64,000 nt of DNA, taken from contig NC_091286.1 of assembly GCF_032444005.1 (NCBI RefSeq), forward strand, positions 331,204,001 to 331,268,000, in the 5' to 3' direction. The notes beneath the pieces are model-generated. The model made no database searches. It saw only the letters and a list, made by a program, of their open reading frames with translations, and was not told the DNA's origin. The stretch is from Ranitomeya imitator. Its lineage: Eukaryota. Position numbers and translations under genes: made by a program. Positions 36,701 through 50,000 of the stretch are shown piece by piece (the stretch's first letter is position 1; each line of letters begins with the position of its first letter).

Positions 36701-39700
36701 CAATAACAAGTAATGCCCTGATAGCGGGCGGCCCTGCGCCCGAGACCCCCTCCCCCCGCAGCAGCCAGGGCTGAGGTGGGTGGGTGGGCGGGGTGACCCC
36801 CGAACCTAAAAAAAAAAAAAAATTTTAAACTTGCTCAGGTGCCGCCCCCTCACATCACCCCGCCCTAGGCACGTGCCCTCAAGTGCCTAGTGGGAAATAC
36901 GGCCCTGCACGCACCACTGTTTAGGTCCAAACATGCACGAATCATGTTCTAGTAAACCATACAGACTACTGTACTAACAGGACTTAATTTCTGCCTTGTA
37001 TTCTTGTCTATAGATTTACTGAGCTTTATGTGGAAGAGCTGGAAAATGAAAGCGACTTACAGATACTTATCACCGATTATTTGAAGGGTCTAAATGTCAA
37101 CATTTCTGTAGTCCAAGGAATTATCAGGTAAAAAAGAATGCTTTTGTAGTAGTATCATGCTTTTAGGTTTTTTTGTTCTCCATAAAATACAACATAAGTT
37201 TTTTTTTTTGTTTTTTTTTTTACACGAGGATGCGCTAAATTTAAGATTCATTAAAAGACGTGCACCTTTTAAAGACTGTGGCTCATCTTTCATCTTGTGT
37301 GCACCTGCACAGGAAATGGCGTCCATTTGTTGTAATTTACACCACGTTTGTGTCGGAAATGATGATAGTCATGCCTGCTAGTGATGAGTGAGCGTGCTCG
37401 GGTAAGGCGTTATCCATGCTCGTGTGCTAACCGAATTACTTCGGCGTGCTTGAATGCTATCTTCGAGTCACCGTGGCTGCATGTCTTGTGGATGTTCGAC
37501 AGCCGCAATACATGCAGGGACTGCCTAATAGAAAATCCGTGCATGTGTTGTGGCTGTGGAACATCCGCGAGACATGCAGGTGTGGGGACTTGAACATATC
37601 ATTGGAGCACGCGGAAGTCACTCAGCACGCGAGCATGGATAACGCCTCACCCGAGCACGCTCACTCATCACTAATGCCTACTCTTCACTAGGCTCCACCC
37701 ACTTTCCAACAAGCTGCCTGGGACTGATGCAAACATTGGAAAAGTCCTGAAATTATAGTTATCAGCCAGAATTCTGTTGAAAACTGTTTTGAATCTGGGT
37801 CAAAGTACCAATATTGGGGCTCAATGGTTTTCCAAACTTCTTCTGGCTCTTCTGAGGCTGGGGTGATCACACATTACAGAAACTGCGGCTATTCATATTA
37901 AAGGGAACCGGTCACCATGAAATTGCAGTCCAATCATTTTATAGAACAAGAGGACCTGAATACATTGATAAATAGTTTTATGAGAAAAGATTTAGTGCAT
38001 CCTGTGTTTTATTCATCTAATCCTCTGCACTTTGTGATTTTTCGGCCCACTGGGCGGTCCTATCAGTGAGTGACGGTTTCCTTGTATAAGCAAGCATACA
38101 CAGACAGCTGTCAGTCACTGATAGGACCGCCCACTGGACTGAAAGTCCCAGAAAGAACAGAGGATTAAATGATTAAAAAAACAAGATATACTGAATCTTT
38201 TCTCACAAGACAAATCTCAATCCCTTCATCTTCCCGTGCTCTTTGAACATGGTGGCCGCAGATTGGAGTGCAATTCCCTGGTGACAGGTTCCCTTTCGTT
38301 TCTAATGTTGCGACATTTCAGAAGCTGCATATTGATAGACGCACCGTGGACACGTGGTATGCACATGCTGAGTACTATGTGTCACCCCATGCCAATCCGT
38401 AGGGGGTAAGGCCTAATGGTGCGGTAGCGATTAGGCCGGAGCTCCGTCCCCCGTGTGATCCGATAGCCGCTTGATTTGTGTCGGGCGGTGTTTCATACAG
38501 CACTCTCTGACCCTACCTTTTTAGGTTTGGTTAAAAATCCATTCCATACCCCTAAATAAATGAGACAGTTTCCCCGCAGCATGAACACGGACTTTTTACA
38601 GACCAATTTCGATGTATCAGACTGATATCTGGAGCAAACATTTCTGCAGCAGACCTCTCCCAAATGTGCTACATCTGGTGCTATGCCGATTTTAGGTTGC
38701 AAATAATCCCTTTAATAATCCTTTTTAAGTCTCTAATTTCTTTATTTTGTCTTCAGTTTTTATTTGGCAATTCGGGAGCGATCTGTTTCCGAGCTTGTGG
38801 ACGGCACAGGTCACAGACCACATTTTAGCTTGCGGACTCTATGCAGGGCCCTGCGATACGCAGCTGCAAATCCATGCAACAACATCCAGCGATCCCTGTA
38901 TGAGGTAAGCCACCTGCACGCCGTGCATGCCTTACTCATTCTGAGGATTTACAGCTCTTCCGTTATGTGAAGGGAGAGGGACGGCCTGTCTACAAGTCTC
39001 TCGCTGCTGCTGTGCTGCGTTGCAGTTAGTCTATGCTGAGTTTTAATACATTCAAAGGTAAAATCCCTGTTGCCAACTACAGAATTGCTCGACTAATGCC
39101 GGAGTCACACTAACATACAGCATTCGATGTGAGAGCATAATGTAGGAAAAAAAAGACCCTGATTCCAGTGATGTATCACTTAGATTACTGGGGGCAGCAG
39201 CTGTGACAGGGTTTTTTAGATGTCGTTTTCTCCTGTCCCCCATACCTTCTTCTCACCCCTCAATCTGACAGTGTTAATCCCTTTATCCCCATTTTCCTGT
39301 GGATTTGCACCTCCATGAAGGACAATGAAGAGGATTCCTAAATCCTATGATCTTGCACCATCTTCCCCATGTGTGCAAGTTAATAGGAATAGGTGGACAC
39401 AGTGCCATATTTTCTAGCCAAAGGTTAGAATGACTCTTTACCACTCAGAGACTGCAGTTAATATAGACCACAGTAATTTAAAGGGAATCTGTCAGCAGTT
39501 TTTTTTTATAAAATTGTTAATGAAAACCAATTGCAAAAATATATTTAGCCCAAAATACATGCATTTAAGTAAAAATAATTGCCCCTAAAAGCAAGTCCAT
39601 ATTAAAATCGAAAATAGTCTAGTAGAAAAAAAAAGTAAGGAATTGAAACCACCATGCTGTTTTTTCCTTTCAGGGATTTTGCCTGTCCTTCCTCACCCAG

Positions 39701-40980
39701 CTGGACAGAGCGTCTCATTCCAGCGTGCAGGCGTTAGTGTGCCGCTGCATTGTGCCTGGGAACATTAAATCTTTACTGAAGCAGGTATGTGCAGTCACTT
39801 TCTGTTGCACAGCGCATTTATACCAACAGCAGTTTTTACTTTATTTTATATAAATTGGCAGCAAAATGAGCAAATCCTGCTTTCTTTTCAGCCTCTTCCA
39901 GAACCTTATGGAGGCAGGTTTATCCAGATAGAAGGATACTGGATACCAGTGGGAGGTCAGGATCCCACCATAGATGAAAGCTACATCCTAACATCCTCGG
40001 TAAAATTAAATCTTCGAGACCTTGTGAGAGTTGTTTCTGCTGGGTATGTATATGTAAAGGATTAGTATTTTTTTTTTTAGAAATTTTTAATTTGTGTGTA
40101 TTTTAAAACATTACTTTATTTTCCAGACTGCGATGCATAATTTTTAAACCTTTTAATCTTTTTAACAAGCCTTTAAAGGGAACCTGTCACCCCCAAAATC
40201 GATGGTGAGGTAAGCTCACCGTCATCAGGGGCTTATCTACAGCATTCTGTAATGCTGTAGATAAGCCCCCGATGTAACCTGAAAGAGGAGAAAAAGAGGT
40301 TAGATTATACTCACCCAGGGGCGGTCCCGCTGCGGTCCGGTCTAATGGGTGTCTCAGGTCTGCTCCGGCGCCTCCTATCTTTATTCCATGATGTCCTCTT
40401 CTGGTCTTCATGCCGCGGCTCTGGCGCAGGCGTACTTTGTCTGCCCTGTTGAGGGCAGAGCAAAGTACTGCAGTACACAGTTTCCGGGCCTCTCTGACCT
40501 TTCTGGCGCCTGCGCACTGCAGTACTTTGCTCTGCCCTCAACAGGGCAGACAAAGTATGCCTGCGCCAGAGCCGCGGCATGAAGACCAGAAGAGGACGTC
40601 ATGGAACGAAGATGGGAGGCGCCGGAGCGGACCTGAGACACCCATTTAACCAGACCGCAGCGGGACCGCCCCTGGGTGAGTATAAGCCCCTGATGACGGT
40701 GAGCTTACCTCACCATCGATTTTGGGGGTGACAGGTTCCCTTTAAAAATGCTGAAAAGTGTGTATTTGTATAGACGTCCCAAATTTGTCCTCTCTCATAC
40801 ACCAGGGGGAGACTTATAAAAATGACCTTGTCCAGGTCTGGCATAATAATAAATAATAATCTTTATTTTTATATAGCGCTAACATATTCCGCAGCGCTTT
40901 ACAGTTTTTGCACACATTATCATCACTGTCCCCGATTGGGCTCACAATCTAGAATTCCTATCAGTATGTCTTTGGAATGT

Positions 40981-41011
<31 letters not shown>

Positions 41012-44000
41012 ACGCAAACACGGAGAGAACATACAAACTCTTTGCAGATGTTGTCCTGGGTGGGATTAGAACCCAGGACTCCAGCGCTGCAAGGCTGTAG
41101 TGCTAACCACTGCGCCACCGTGCTGCCCATGCTGCCGTGCTGGCATGTAAGTCTGCAATCACTCTGTCACTGCAGACTTGTGAATCTTCACACCGCGCAC
41201 ACTGTGCACTGTCACGATTTTCAGGTGCCGCCTCCTGAAGCGTGCTATTTTACATATTCAGACTAGACATGTCAGGCCTCACTTAGTTGACTTTGTATTG
41301 AGTGAGGCTGCGCACGTGTAGTCGGCATGTATACAAATCACATACTTGCAGCCACTCGCCCAGTTGGTACTGGAGAATCCTGACAGTATGCAGCTTTTGC
41401 GCTGTGAGGATTTAGAAGTCTGCAGTCATAGTGACTATAGACTTGAACCTCAATCCTGGACAACCCCTAAGGGTGCTTTCACATTGCATTCTGTGTCCCG
41501 GTCGGGTATACATCCGCAATCCCTGCAAAACTGGGTCCAGACGCATTCTCTAATGGGTCCAATAGACTGCAGTGGTGACAGCAGAGCGCACGTTTGTTCT
41601 GTTGTCACAATTGGTCTATTGGCTCCGTCGGTGCCTGCGTCCGGACCCAGTTTTGTTGGGGACTTCGGACCTATGCCCGACTGGGACACAGAACGCAATG
41701 TGAAAGCACCCTAAATACAGTTTATCCCTCAATTTTGAATATGTCATATACACCTACAGGGCAGGGATTTAAAAAAAAAAAAAAAAAAAAAACCAGCAGG
41801 TTGGCATTTTTTAACTAATAATTTGTTTATACTTTTTCAGAAAACACCCAGTGCTCATCCAGGGAGAAACCTCTGTTGGTAAAACAAGTTTAATTCGCTG
41901 GTTGGCATGTGCCAGTGGTAATCATTGTGTAAGGATTAACAATCATGAGCACACAGATATCCAGGAGTACATTGGCTGCTATACTTCAGATGCTTCAGGA
42001 AAACTTGTATTCCAGGAAGGTCAGTGTACTTGTGTGGATGTGTACAGTATATTAGAGATGAGAGAGCTTCATGGGGCTCTGGTCCATAGGCCAGGTCCGT
42101 AATCTGTGACCGATGGGAATAGCTGTGTTGTGTGTCCATCATGCGGAAATGATGACACATCAATCACGCCAGGCTGGCTAATCAAATGCACAGTTGGGAA
42201 TGTCGGGAGGTAAAGAGAATCCCAGGCCTCCCATCCAGCAGATATATATCCTTTGGGTACTGCTTGACTTCAAACTCTGAGCCTCTTACGAGCCAATGTC
42301 CTCCCTACTTGTTATCTTCTTCTCCCCACCCTCATAGCCCTTACTGTGAGCGGTCTGTCCATACCAAGGGTGCATCGCTGGAGCCCCGTCATTCTGTGCT
42401 GATAGACTTCCTTTAACTTTAGTCTTTTTATTTTTTGCATCAGGTGTCCTAATTCATGCCATGAGGAACGGTTACTGGATTATACTGGATGAATTGAATC
42501 TGGCTCCTACAGATGTTCTTGAAGCTCTCAACCGATTGCTGGATGATAACCGAGAACTTTTTATTATCGAAACTCAAGAAGTCGTTAAAGCCCATCCAAG
42601 GTTCATGCTTTTTGCGACTCAGAATCCTCCAGGCATTTACGGCGGAAGAAAGGTTTGTTTCTTTAAAATTATCAAGAATGAGAAGGAAATGATTTCTCTT
42701 ATTATAATAGCACATTAAACACAATTGAATGTCGCTCTGCCAACTGGCCAAACGTATCTTTTTTTTTTTTTAAAAGGATAAATCACACAATGAACAAGTT
42801 AGAGAAGCATTTCCCATGATGCTTATATAGCTTTTGACTGATTCCTCGCAAGCTTAAAATGTTGCTCTCAACACGTGTCTTACAGGAATACCCTGGTCTC
42901 GAGCCTCCTTGTTGCGGGGAGAGGCTAGAGGGGGTGGACGGGGACTCATTTGGATGACATTTTTGGTTCAGTAGCTTTGTATCTTGCTACATTGTCATCT
43001 CAAAGACGACTTTCACAAACATTTACATTATGAACTGTACATTCCTGTATATCCCTCTTGAGTAACACAAAATGTTATAATCTTCATTCCTGCAGCAATA
43101 TGCAAGAATGTACATCTACTATATAATTGTCTAAGGGTAACTTCCGTCTGTCTGTCTTTCTATCTGTCTGTCACGGATATTCATTGGTTGCGGCCTCTGT
43201 CTGTCATGGAAATCCAAGTCGCTGATTGGTCGTGGCAAAACGCCCACGACCAATCAGCGATGGGCACAGTTCGGCGGCAACATGGCCGCTCCTTCCTCCC
43301 CGCAGTCGGTGCCCGCTCCATACTCCCCTCCAGTCACCCCTCACACATGGTTAATGGCAGCGTTAATGGACCACGTTATGCCGCGGTGTAATGCACTCCA
43401 TTAACGCAGCTATTAACCCTGTGTGACCAACTTTTTACTATTGATGTTGCGTATGCAGCATCAATAGTAAAAAGATCTAATGTTACAAATAACAATAATA
43501 ATAATAATAATAATAAAAAACGTTATTCTCACCCTCCTACGTGCGCGGTGTCCTCGGCAGTGCAAGCGGCAGGTGTTAAGGATGCTATGCGAGAAGGACC
43601 TTCCATGACGTCACGGTCATGTGACCGCGAAGTCATTACAGGTCCTGCGCATATACCCTGGGACCGGAAGCGTGCACCACACACAGGCGCCAGGACTACA
43701 AGGGGCCCCTCGGAAGGTGAGTATATGTTTTTCTTTATCGCCTCTCATTGGGGGACACAGGAACCATGGGGTGTATGCTGCTGCCACTAGGAGGCTGACA
43801 CTATGCAAATAAAAAAGTTAGCTCCTCCTCTGCAGTGTACACCCCACCGACTGGCATAATACTCTTCAGTTTAGCTTAGTGTCAGTAAGAGGTGGACATG
43901 GGTCTTTCATTAGACCCTTATCTACCTCAATGCGCGTCGTTTCTTTTCAGGTTTCCTCGGAAGGGATACAGGGTGAACAGTCACACCTGTACTCCCACAA

Positions 44001-47000
44001 TGCGGACTATGAGTACGGCGTGTACTGCCACCCCGTATCCTCATAGATCCGACAGCAGGACCATGATCCTAGCACACAAGCGTGCTCAGAAGTCCGGTCC
44101 TGGCTCCGTCCCCCACCCACTCGCCCACCAGAGCCTGTCGGTTGCGGAGACGAGGACGTCCATCACAGCTCCCTGGACGTCTCATTCCTTCCAGGTTAGT
44201 ACCGGCGTGGGATTTTTAGGGTGAGTATTTTCCCTTCCCACCCTGTGGCTTCCCTGGATTCTAGAAAGGGGGTTCCTATTTAAGGGGGTTTCTGATGCGA
44301 ATCGCATCTCTTTTCAGCCGCGCCACCTCCGTGGCTGCGGCCGCCCTGCCCCCTCTTCCAGAGCGGCTGCCTTTACGGACCACCGCGCCGCTTCTTATCC
44401 GGGCACGCTATCAGCGTGGCCTTGCCACTCAGTCCTGGGAAGGCGTTGTCCGCTTCGGGTCCTGCAGGCTTCCCTGCCCCGGCCGCTGTATGTGGCCATT
44501 CATTTCTCTTAAGCGCGGCGGCTTTGCCAGCCGCCGCATCGTTTCGGGCCCCCTGCAGCTGCATCTCTCTGGCCGCTTACAGCGCCGCTCATCCTCCCTC
44601 AGCGTGGCAGCTTGCCAGGCCGCCACACCGCTTTAGACCTGCGGCTGCGCTACTCCCGCCGCTCTAGGCGGCCACTCACCTATCGCGTTCTGCGGCGTTC
44701 TGTTCACCGCTGCGGCCCTTCAATGCCGGTCACCGTTCGATAATTTAGGCCCCGGCTTCTGCCGGGGCCTACTTCCGGTGCCGGACTCCCGCCCGACAAT
44801 TTCACGGAGAACCGCCTTTTCTCCTCCCACCGGCGCCATCTTGGGACTCCTGAACCACGAGTCCTCTCCTCCACATCTCAGGCGCAGATCGGTCAAGATT
44901 GCAGCAGCAGGCCTTACCACCCTCCTGCCTAAGGGGCCATTGCTCGCCGGAGGTCCATTCCATCAAGCCGGACAGCTTCCTCCGGATACCGTTTTTCGTC
45001 TGCCGTGAGTAGCTCTGCACTGCAGACTGACACCCCCCCACTGCCCCACTGTCCCCTAACCCACTGGCATTTTCTTCAGGGACCTTTCTAAAATGTCTAA
45101 TTCTAAAGGGGGCCGCTCTCGCCCTCCTACTTCTTCCTCTTCTTCCTTAGTCAAGTACTTTGCATCTTCGCCTCTGTCAGGCCTGCAGCTACCCGATTGT
45201 TCCCACCGCCCAGGATCCCCCGGCCGATCCGCCCGAGAGTGATACTCCCATCCCAGGTTGGGCTTCCTCTCTGTCACAATCGGTGGCCGACCTAACTCGG
45301 GTGTCTCAAACTTTGGTGTCCGCGCTGGATCGGTTACCCCTGCAGACTCCCGCAGTAGCCAGCAGGTCGCAGGAAGCTCAGTCCGAACCCTCCATGGCTT
45401 GCCGCAAAAGGTCCAGACAGGAACGACGGTCTGAGTCCTCTTCTCATTCCATCTCGCCACTCGGTCCCCCTCTGCGGTCGGCGTCCTCCCGATCCTCCTC
45501 CCCTGAGTCAGGCGAGGCTTGCTCTGATGCGCTCTCGGAGGATGTTTCGGAGCTGGATTCGAACCAAATCTCTACCATGAGGGATATGGTTCAGAATCTC
45601 ATTGGAGCGATAAATCAAACCTGTGGCATCAAAAAGTCCTCTATGGATCCCGCAGATCAGGCGGTTTCGTTTAGATGGGCTAAACCACCTTCTAAGTTTT
45701 TCGCTCCTCACCCGGAATTTGAGGAGATTATGACTAGAGAAAGAGAGAACCCGACCAGACGCTTTCAGAGAGGATAGCGACTTAACGTGTTATATCCCTT
45801 CTCTCCGGAGCTCACCGCTAATTGGACTGCCTCCCCTTTGGTGGACCCTCCAGTTTCCAGACTGTCCACCAGCACGGTTCTTCCACTGTCCGGCGGAGCA
45901 TCTCTGAAGGATTCTAACGATAGGGTCCTAGAATCTTTCGCGAAGTCAGCCTTTGAAGCGGCCTCAGCTAGTCTTTGCCCGGCCTTCGCTTCCACTTGGG
46001 TTTCAAAATCTATATCCAAATGGGCCAAGCATCTCCGTCGGGGAATTCTGGACGGGGCTCCGCCCGGACACCTAGCGGAACTTGCCAACCAGATTTCTCA
46101 CGCGGGTGAATATCTGGTCTCCGCCTTGTGCGGCTCAGGCGTCCAGCAACGCAGTTGCCATCCACCGAACAGTCTGGCTTAAGGCCTGTCAGGCGGATTT
46201 GTCTTCTAAAAAGTCCCTTACCAGCCTGCCTTTTCAGGGGTCTCGCCTCTTTGGTTCTAAGCTAGACCAAATTATTAAGGACGCAACAGGGGGCACGAGT
46301 TCCCTTCTTCCCCAGGCTAAGCCTTGACGCCCTCCTCCTAGACGTCAATTTTGGTCTTTTTGGCGCTTCGCGGCATCTAATTCCTTCTCCCAGCAGCAAC
46401 AGAGGCCACAGGCCCGTCAAGGAAAGAAGTCGGTATCCTTTAGGCCCACTTCTTCCTGGCGTCCTCGCTACTCCCAGGGTAGATCCTCCAGGTCCAGGAC
46501 TGAAGGACCTCCTCGGCATTACTCTCGACTAGTAGCCAGCCCACCTCCCAGGCTGGGCGGCCGTCTTCTCTTCTTCAGGGACATCTGGATCTCCTCGGTA
46601 GAGGACGCTTGGGTCAGGGAAGTTGTATCCTCGGGATACAAGATAGAGTTCCTTTCACGACCCCGGGATCGTTTCTCCGAATCCCGACCTCCAAGAGATC
46701 CCGCTCTAGTTCCGGGTTTCTTTGCAGCCATCGCGTCTCTCCTCAAAGCCGGGGTAATCGTTCCCGTCCCGGAGAATGAACGGTTCACAGGTTTCTACTC
46801 AAACCTTTTTGTGGTACCGAAAAAAGACGGCAGAGTGCGTCCCATTCTGGATCTCAAATTACCGAACAGGAGAGTCCGCCTAAAGCACTTCAGGAAGGAA
46901 TCCCTTCGTTCAGTAATTGCTTCTATGGAGGCTCAGGAATTTCTGTGTTCCATAGACATTCAGGACGCCTACCTCCATGTCCCAATATTCCCCGGACATC

Positions 47001-50000
47001 ACCGATTCCTGCGCTTGGCGGTGCTCCAGGAACACTTTCAGTTCGTCGCCCTGCCATTCGGTCTTGCAACCGCCCCAAGAGTCTTCACGAAGATCATGGC
47101 GGCACTGATGGCCATCTTGAGGTCTGGTTCTGTTTCCATACCTCGACGACATCCTCATCAAGGCTCTGTCTTTTTCTCAGGCCCACGAAAGCCTGTCCAT
47201 CGTTCTCGACACCCTAGCCCGTTTCGGGTGGCTGGTCAACCGGAAGAAGTCCTGCCTTATTCCTTCTCAGCGCATCATCTTTCTGGGCATGCTCTTCAAA
47301 ACTCGTCAGACCAAGATGTTTCTTCCCGAAGACAAGAGATCCATTCTTTGTCGGGACATATGCGTGCTCCAGGGCCCTCGGTCTCCCTCCTTCCAATCGG
47401 CCATGAAGGTTTTGGGGAGGATGGTAGCAACATTGGAGGCGATTCCCTTCACCCAATTTCACTCTCGACCTCTTCAGCAAGCCATCCTGTCTCAGGGGAA
47501 CAGGTCTGTCTTCTCCCTGGACCGCCCGATCCGACTCTCTCCCCGAGTCAAACGGTCTCTCAACTGGTGGCTCACGTCACCTCTCATCTCCTTCCTTCCA
47601 GTTCACTGGCAAGTGGTGACGACGGATGCCAGCCTGCTCGGCTGGGGTGCAGTGTTTCGTCACCTGACTGTACGGGGCCGCTGGTCGGCGCAAGAGTCAA
47701 CCTTACCGATCAATGTCCTCGAGATCCGGGCCATTTTTCTGTCCCTTCGTCTCTGGGAAAGGATTCTCAGGGGCCTTCCTATCCGAATCCAGACGGACAA
47801 TGCCACGGCGGTGACATATGTCAACCATCAGGGGGGAACTCGGAGCTCCTTGGCCGAGGTATCCAAGATCCTCCTTTGGGCAGAGGCAACGGTTCCGGTG
47901 ATATCCGCGGTGCTCCTTGCCCGAGGTATCCAAGATCCTCCTTTGGGCAGAGGCAACGGTTTCGGTGATATCCGCGGTGCATATCCCCGGCGTGGACAAT
48001 TGGGCCGCCGACTTCCTCAGCCGCGAGGGTCTCGCGGCAGGGGAATGGTCCTTACATCCAGAGGTCTTCCGTCAGATTTGCCTTCGATGGGGGACTCCGG
48101 ACGTGGACCTCACGGCGTCTCGAATGAACAGGAAGGTTCCGTGGTTTGTCTCCAGGTCTCGCGATCCTCTCGCAGCGGGCGTCGACGCTCTGGCCATTCC
48201 TTGGTCACAGTTCGTGCTGCCCTACCTGTTCCCACCCTTTCCCTTGCTTCCCAAACTGCTGAAAAAGATCAAAGCGGAAGGGGTGCCGGTCATTCTAATC
48301 GCCCCGGATTGGCCCAGGAGAGCTTGGTTCGCGGAGCTCGTCAATCTTCTCGCGGACGCTCCCTGGCGCCTTCCAGACAGGCCCGATCTGCTGTCTCAGG
48401 GTCCGATCTGCCACCCGAATTCTCGGTTGCTCAGTTTAACGGCGTGGCTGTTGAGACCGCGGTTCTAAGAGCGTCCGGCCTTTCGGCCCGGGTGATTCAC
48501 ACCATGATTCAGGCTCGGAAGTCTTCGTCTTCCAGGATCTACCATCGTACCTGGAAGGCTTACTTCCGTTGGTGCGAGTCCAGCCGCGTTTCACCTATGT
48601 CCTTTTCCCTGCCTTCCATCTTGGCTTTCCTTCAGGCAGAACTGGATTCGGGCCTTGCTCTTAGTTCCCTAAAGGGTCAGGTTTTTGCGCTTTCCATCCT
48701 TTTTCAAACGACTTTAGCTTCCAGACCACAGGTTAAGACCTTCCTTCAAGGAGTACCCCACGCGGTCCCTCCGTACAGGGACCCTGTGGATTCATGGGAT
48801 TTAAACCTGGTACTGGACATTCTGAGGGTTTTCGCCTTTGAACCTCTCAGAGAGGTTCCCCTATCAGTTCTGTCTTGGAAGGTGGCCTTTCTTGTGGCCA
48901 TCACTTCTATCCGCCGCGTCTCCGAGTTGGCGGCTCTCTCTTGCCGGCCTCCTTTCTTGGTTATCCACCAGGACAAGGTGGTCCTCAAACCTCCGCCTTC
49001 CTTTCTTCCTAAGGTGGTTTCCACATTCCACCTCAACGAGGACATCGTTCTACCTTCTTTTTGTCCAGCTCCGACTCATCATCTGGAGCGATCGTTGAAC
49101 AAGCTGGACCTTGTCAGGGCAGTGATGATCTATCTGGATAGAACGTTCACTTTCCGGAAGACGGATTCTCTTTTCGTCATTCCTGATGGCTCGCGCAGAT
49201 GCCAGCCGGCTTCTAAGGCGACTATTGCTCGCTGGATCAGAACGGCTATTCTGGAGGCTTACCAGGCTTGTCAAGAACAGAGTGCCTCCTCCTGGGATCA
49301 AGGCTCACTCTACCCGGTCAGTTGGCGCCTCCTGGGCGGTGCACCACAGGGCTTCCGCCCTACAGCTTTGCAAAGTGGCAACCTGGTCTTCCATCCACAC
49401 GTTCGCCAAATTTTACAAGGTCCATACCTACGCTTCGGCGGACGCCAGCCTAGGCAGAAGGATCTTGCAGGCGGCAGTGGTGAGTCCTCTGACCTGATGG
49501 AAGTCTGTTTTACCCGCCCTTGGGACTGCTTTGGGACGTCCCATGGTTCCTGTGTCCCCCAATGAGAGACGATAAAGAAAACCGGAGTTTTGGTTGCTTT
49601 CCGTAAAATCTGTTTCTTGGAGCCTCCATTGGGGGACACGGCTCCCTCCCAATGTTTTGGTTATATGTTCTATGACTGTTCTCACGTTTGACTGTTATCA
49701 CGTTTACAGTTCTCAAGTTTGTGGTTTTGGTTTTCAACCTTGTTATTTATCTCCTACTGCTTTCTCACTAACTGAAGAGTATTATGCCAGTCGGTGGGGT
49801 GTACACTGCAGAGGAGGAGCTAACTTTTTTATTTGCATAGTGTCAGCCTCCTAGTGGCAGCAGCATACACCCCATGGTTCCTGTGTCCCCCAATGGAGGC
49901 TCCAAGAAACAGATTTTACGGTAAGCAACCAAAAATCCTGTTTTTTTATTTTAAGTCTTTTTTAACCTGTCACATACGTCTGGGCAATACACTACGTGTC

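Larger units (their letters stand above)
33396..36907. mobile_element. hAT-type non-autonomous element carrying a 2.4-kb CT-rich satellite
   Basis: TIR CAGGGCCGTATTT / AAATACGGCCCTG; perfect 8-bp TSD CACGCACC at 33388-33395 and 36908-36915. Confidence 0.92.

Noticed and set aside
41060-41128. tRNA gene on the minus strand
   Set aside because: A and B boxes are the head of a SINE that continues into a core and LINE-type tail; no complete cloverleaf.
42148-42281. C/D box snoRNA candidate (AUGAUGA ... CUGA)
   Set aside because: No terminal stem, no clear internal boxes or guide, and it lies next to a hAT-like TIR remnant.
47289-49565. 758-aa ORF as a novel intact protein
   Set aside because: Chimera of DIRS pol and YR frames caused by the 67-bp duplication; lacks the RT core and the YR catalytic C-terminus.
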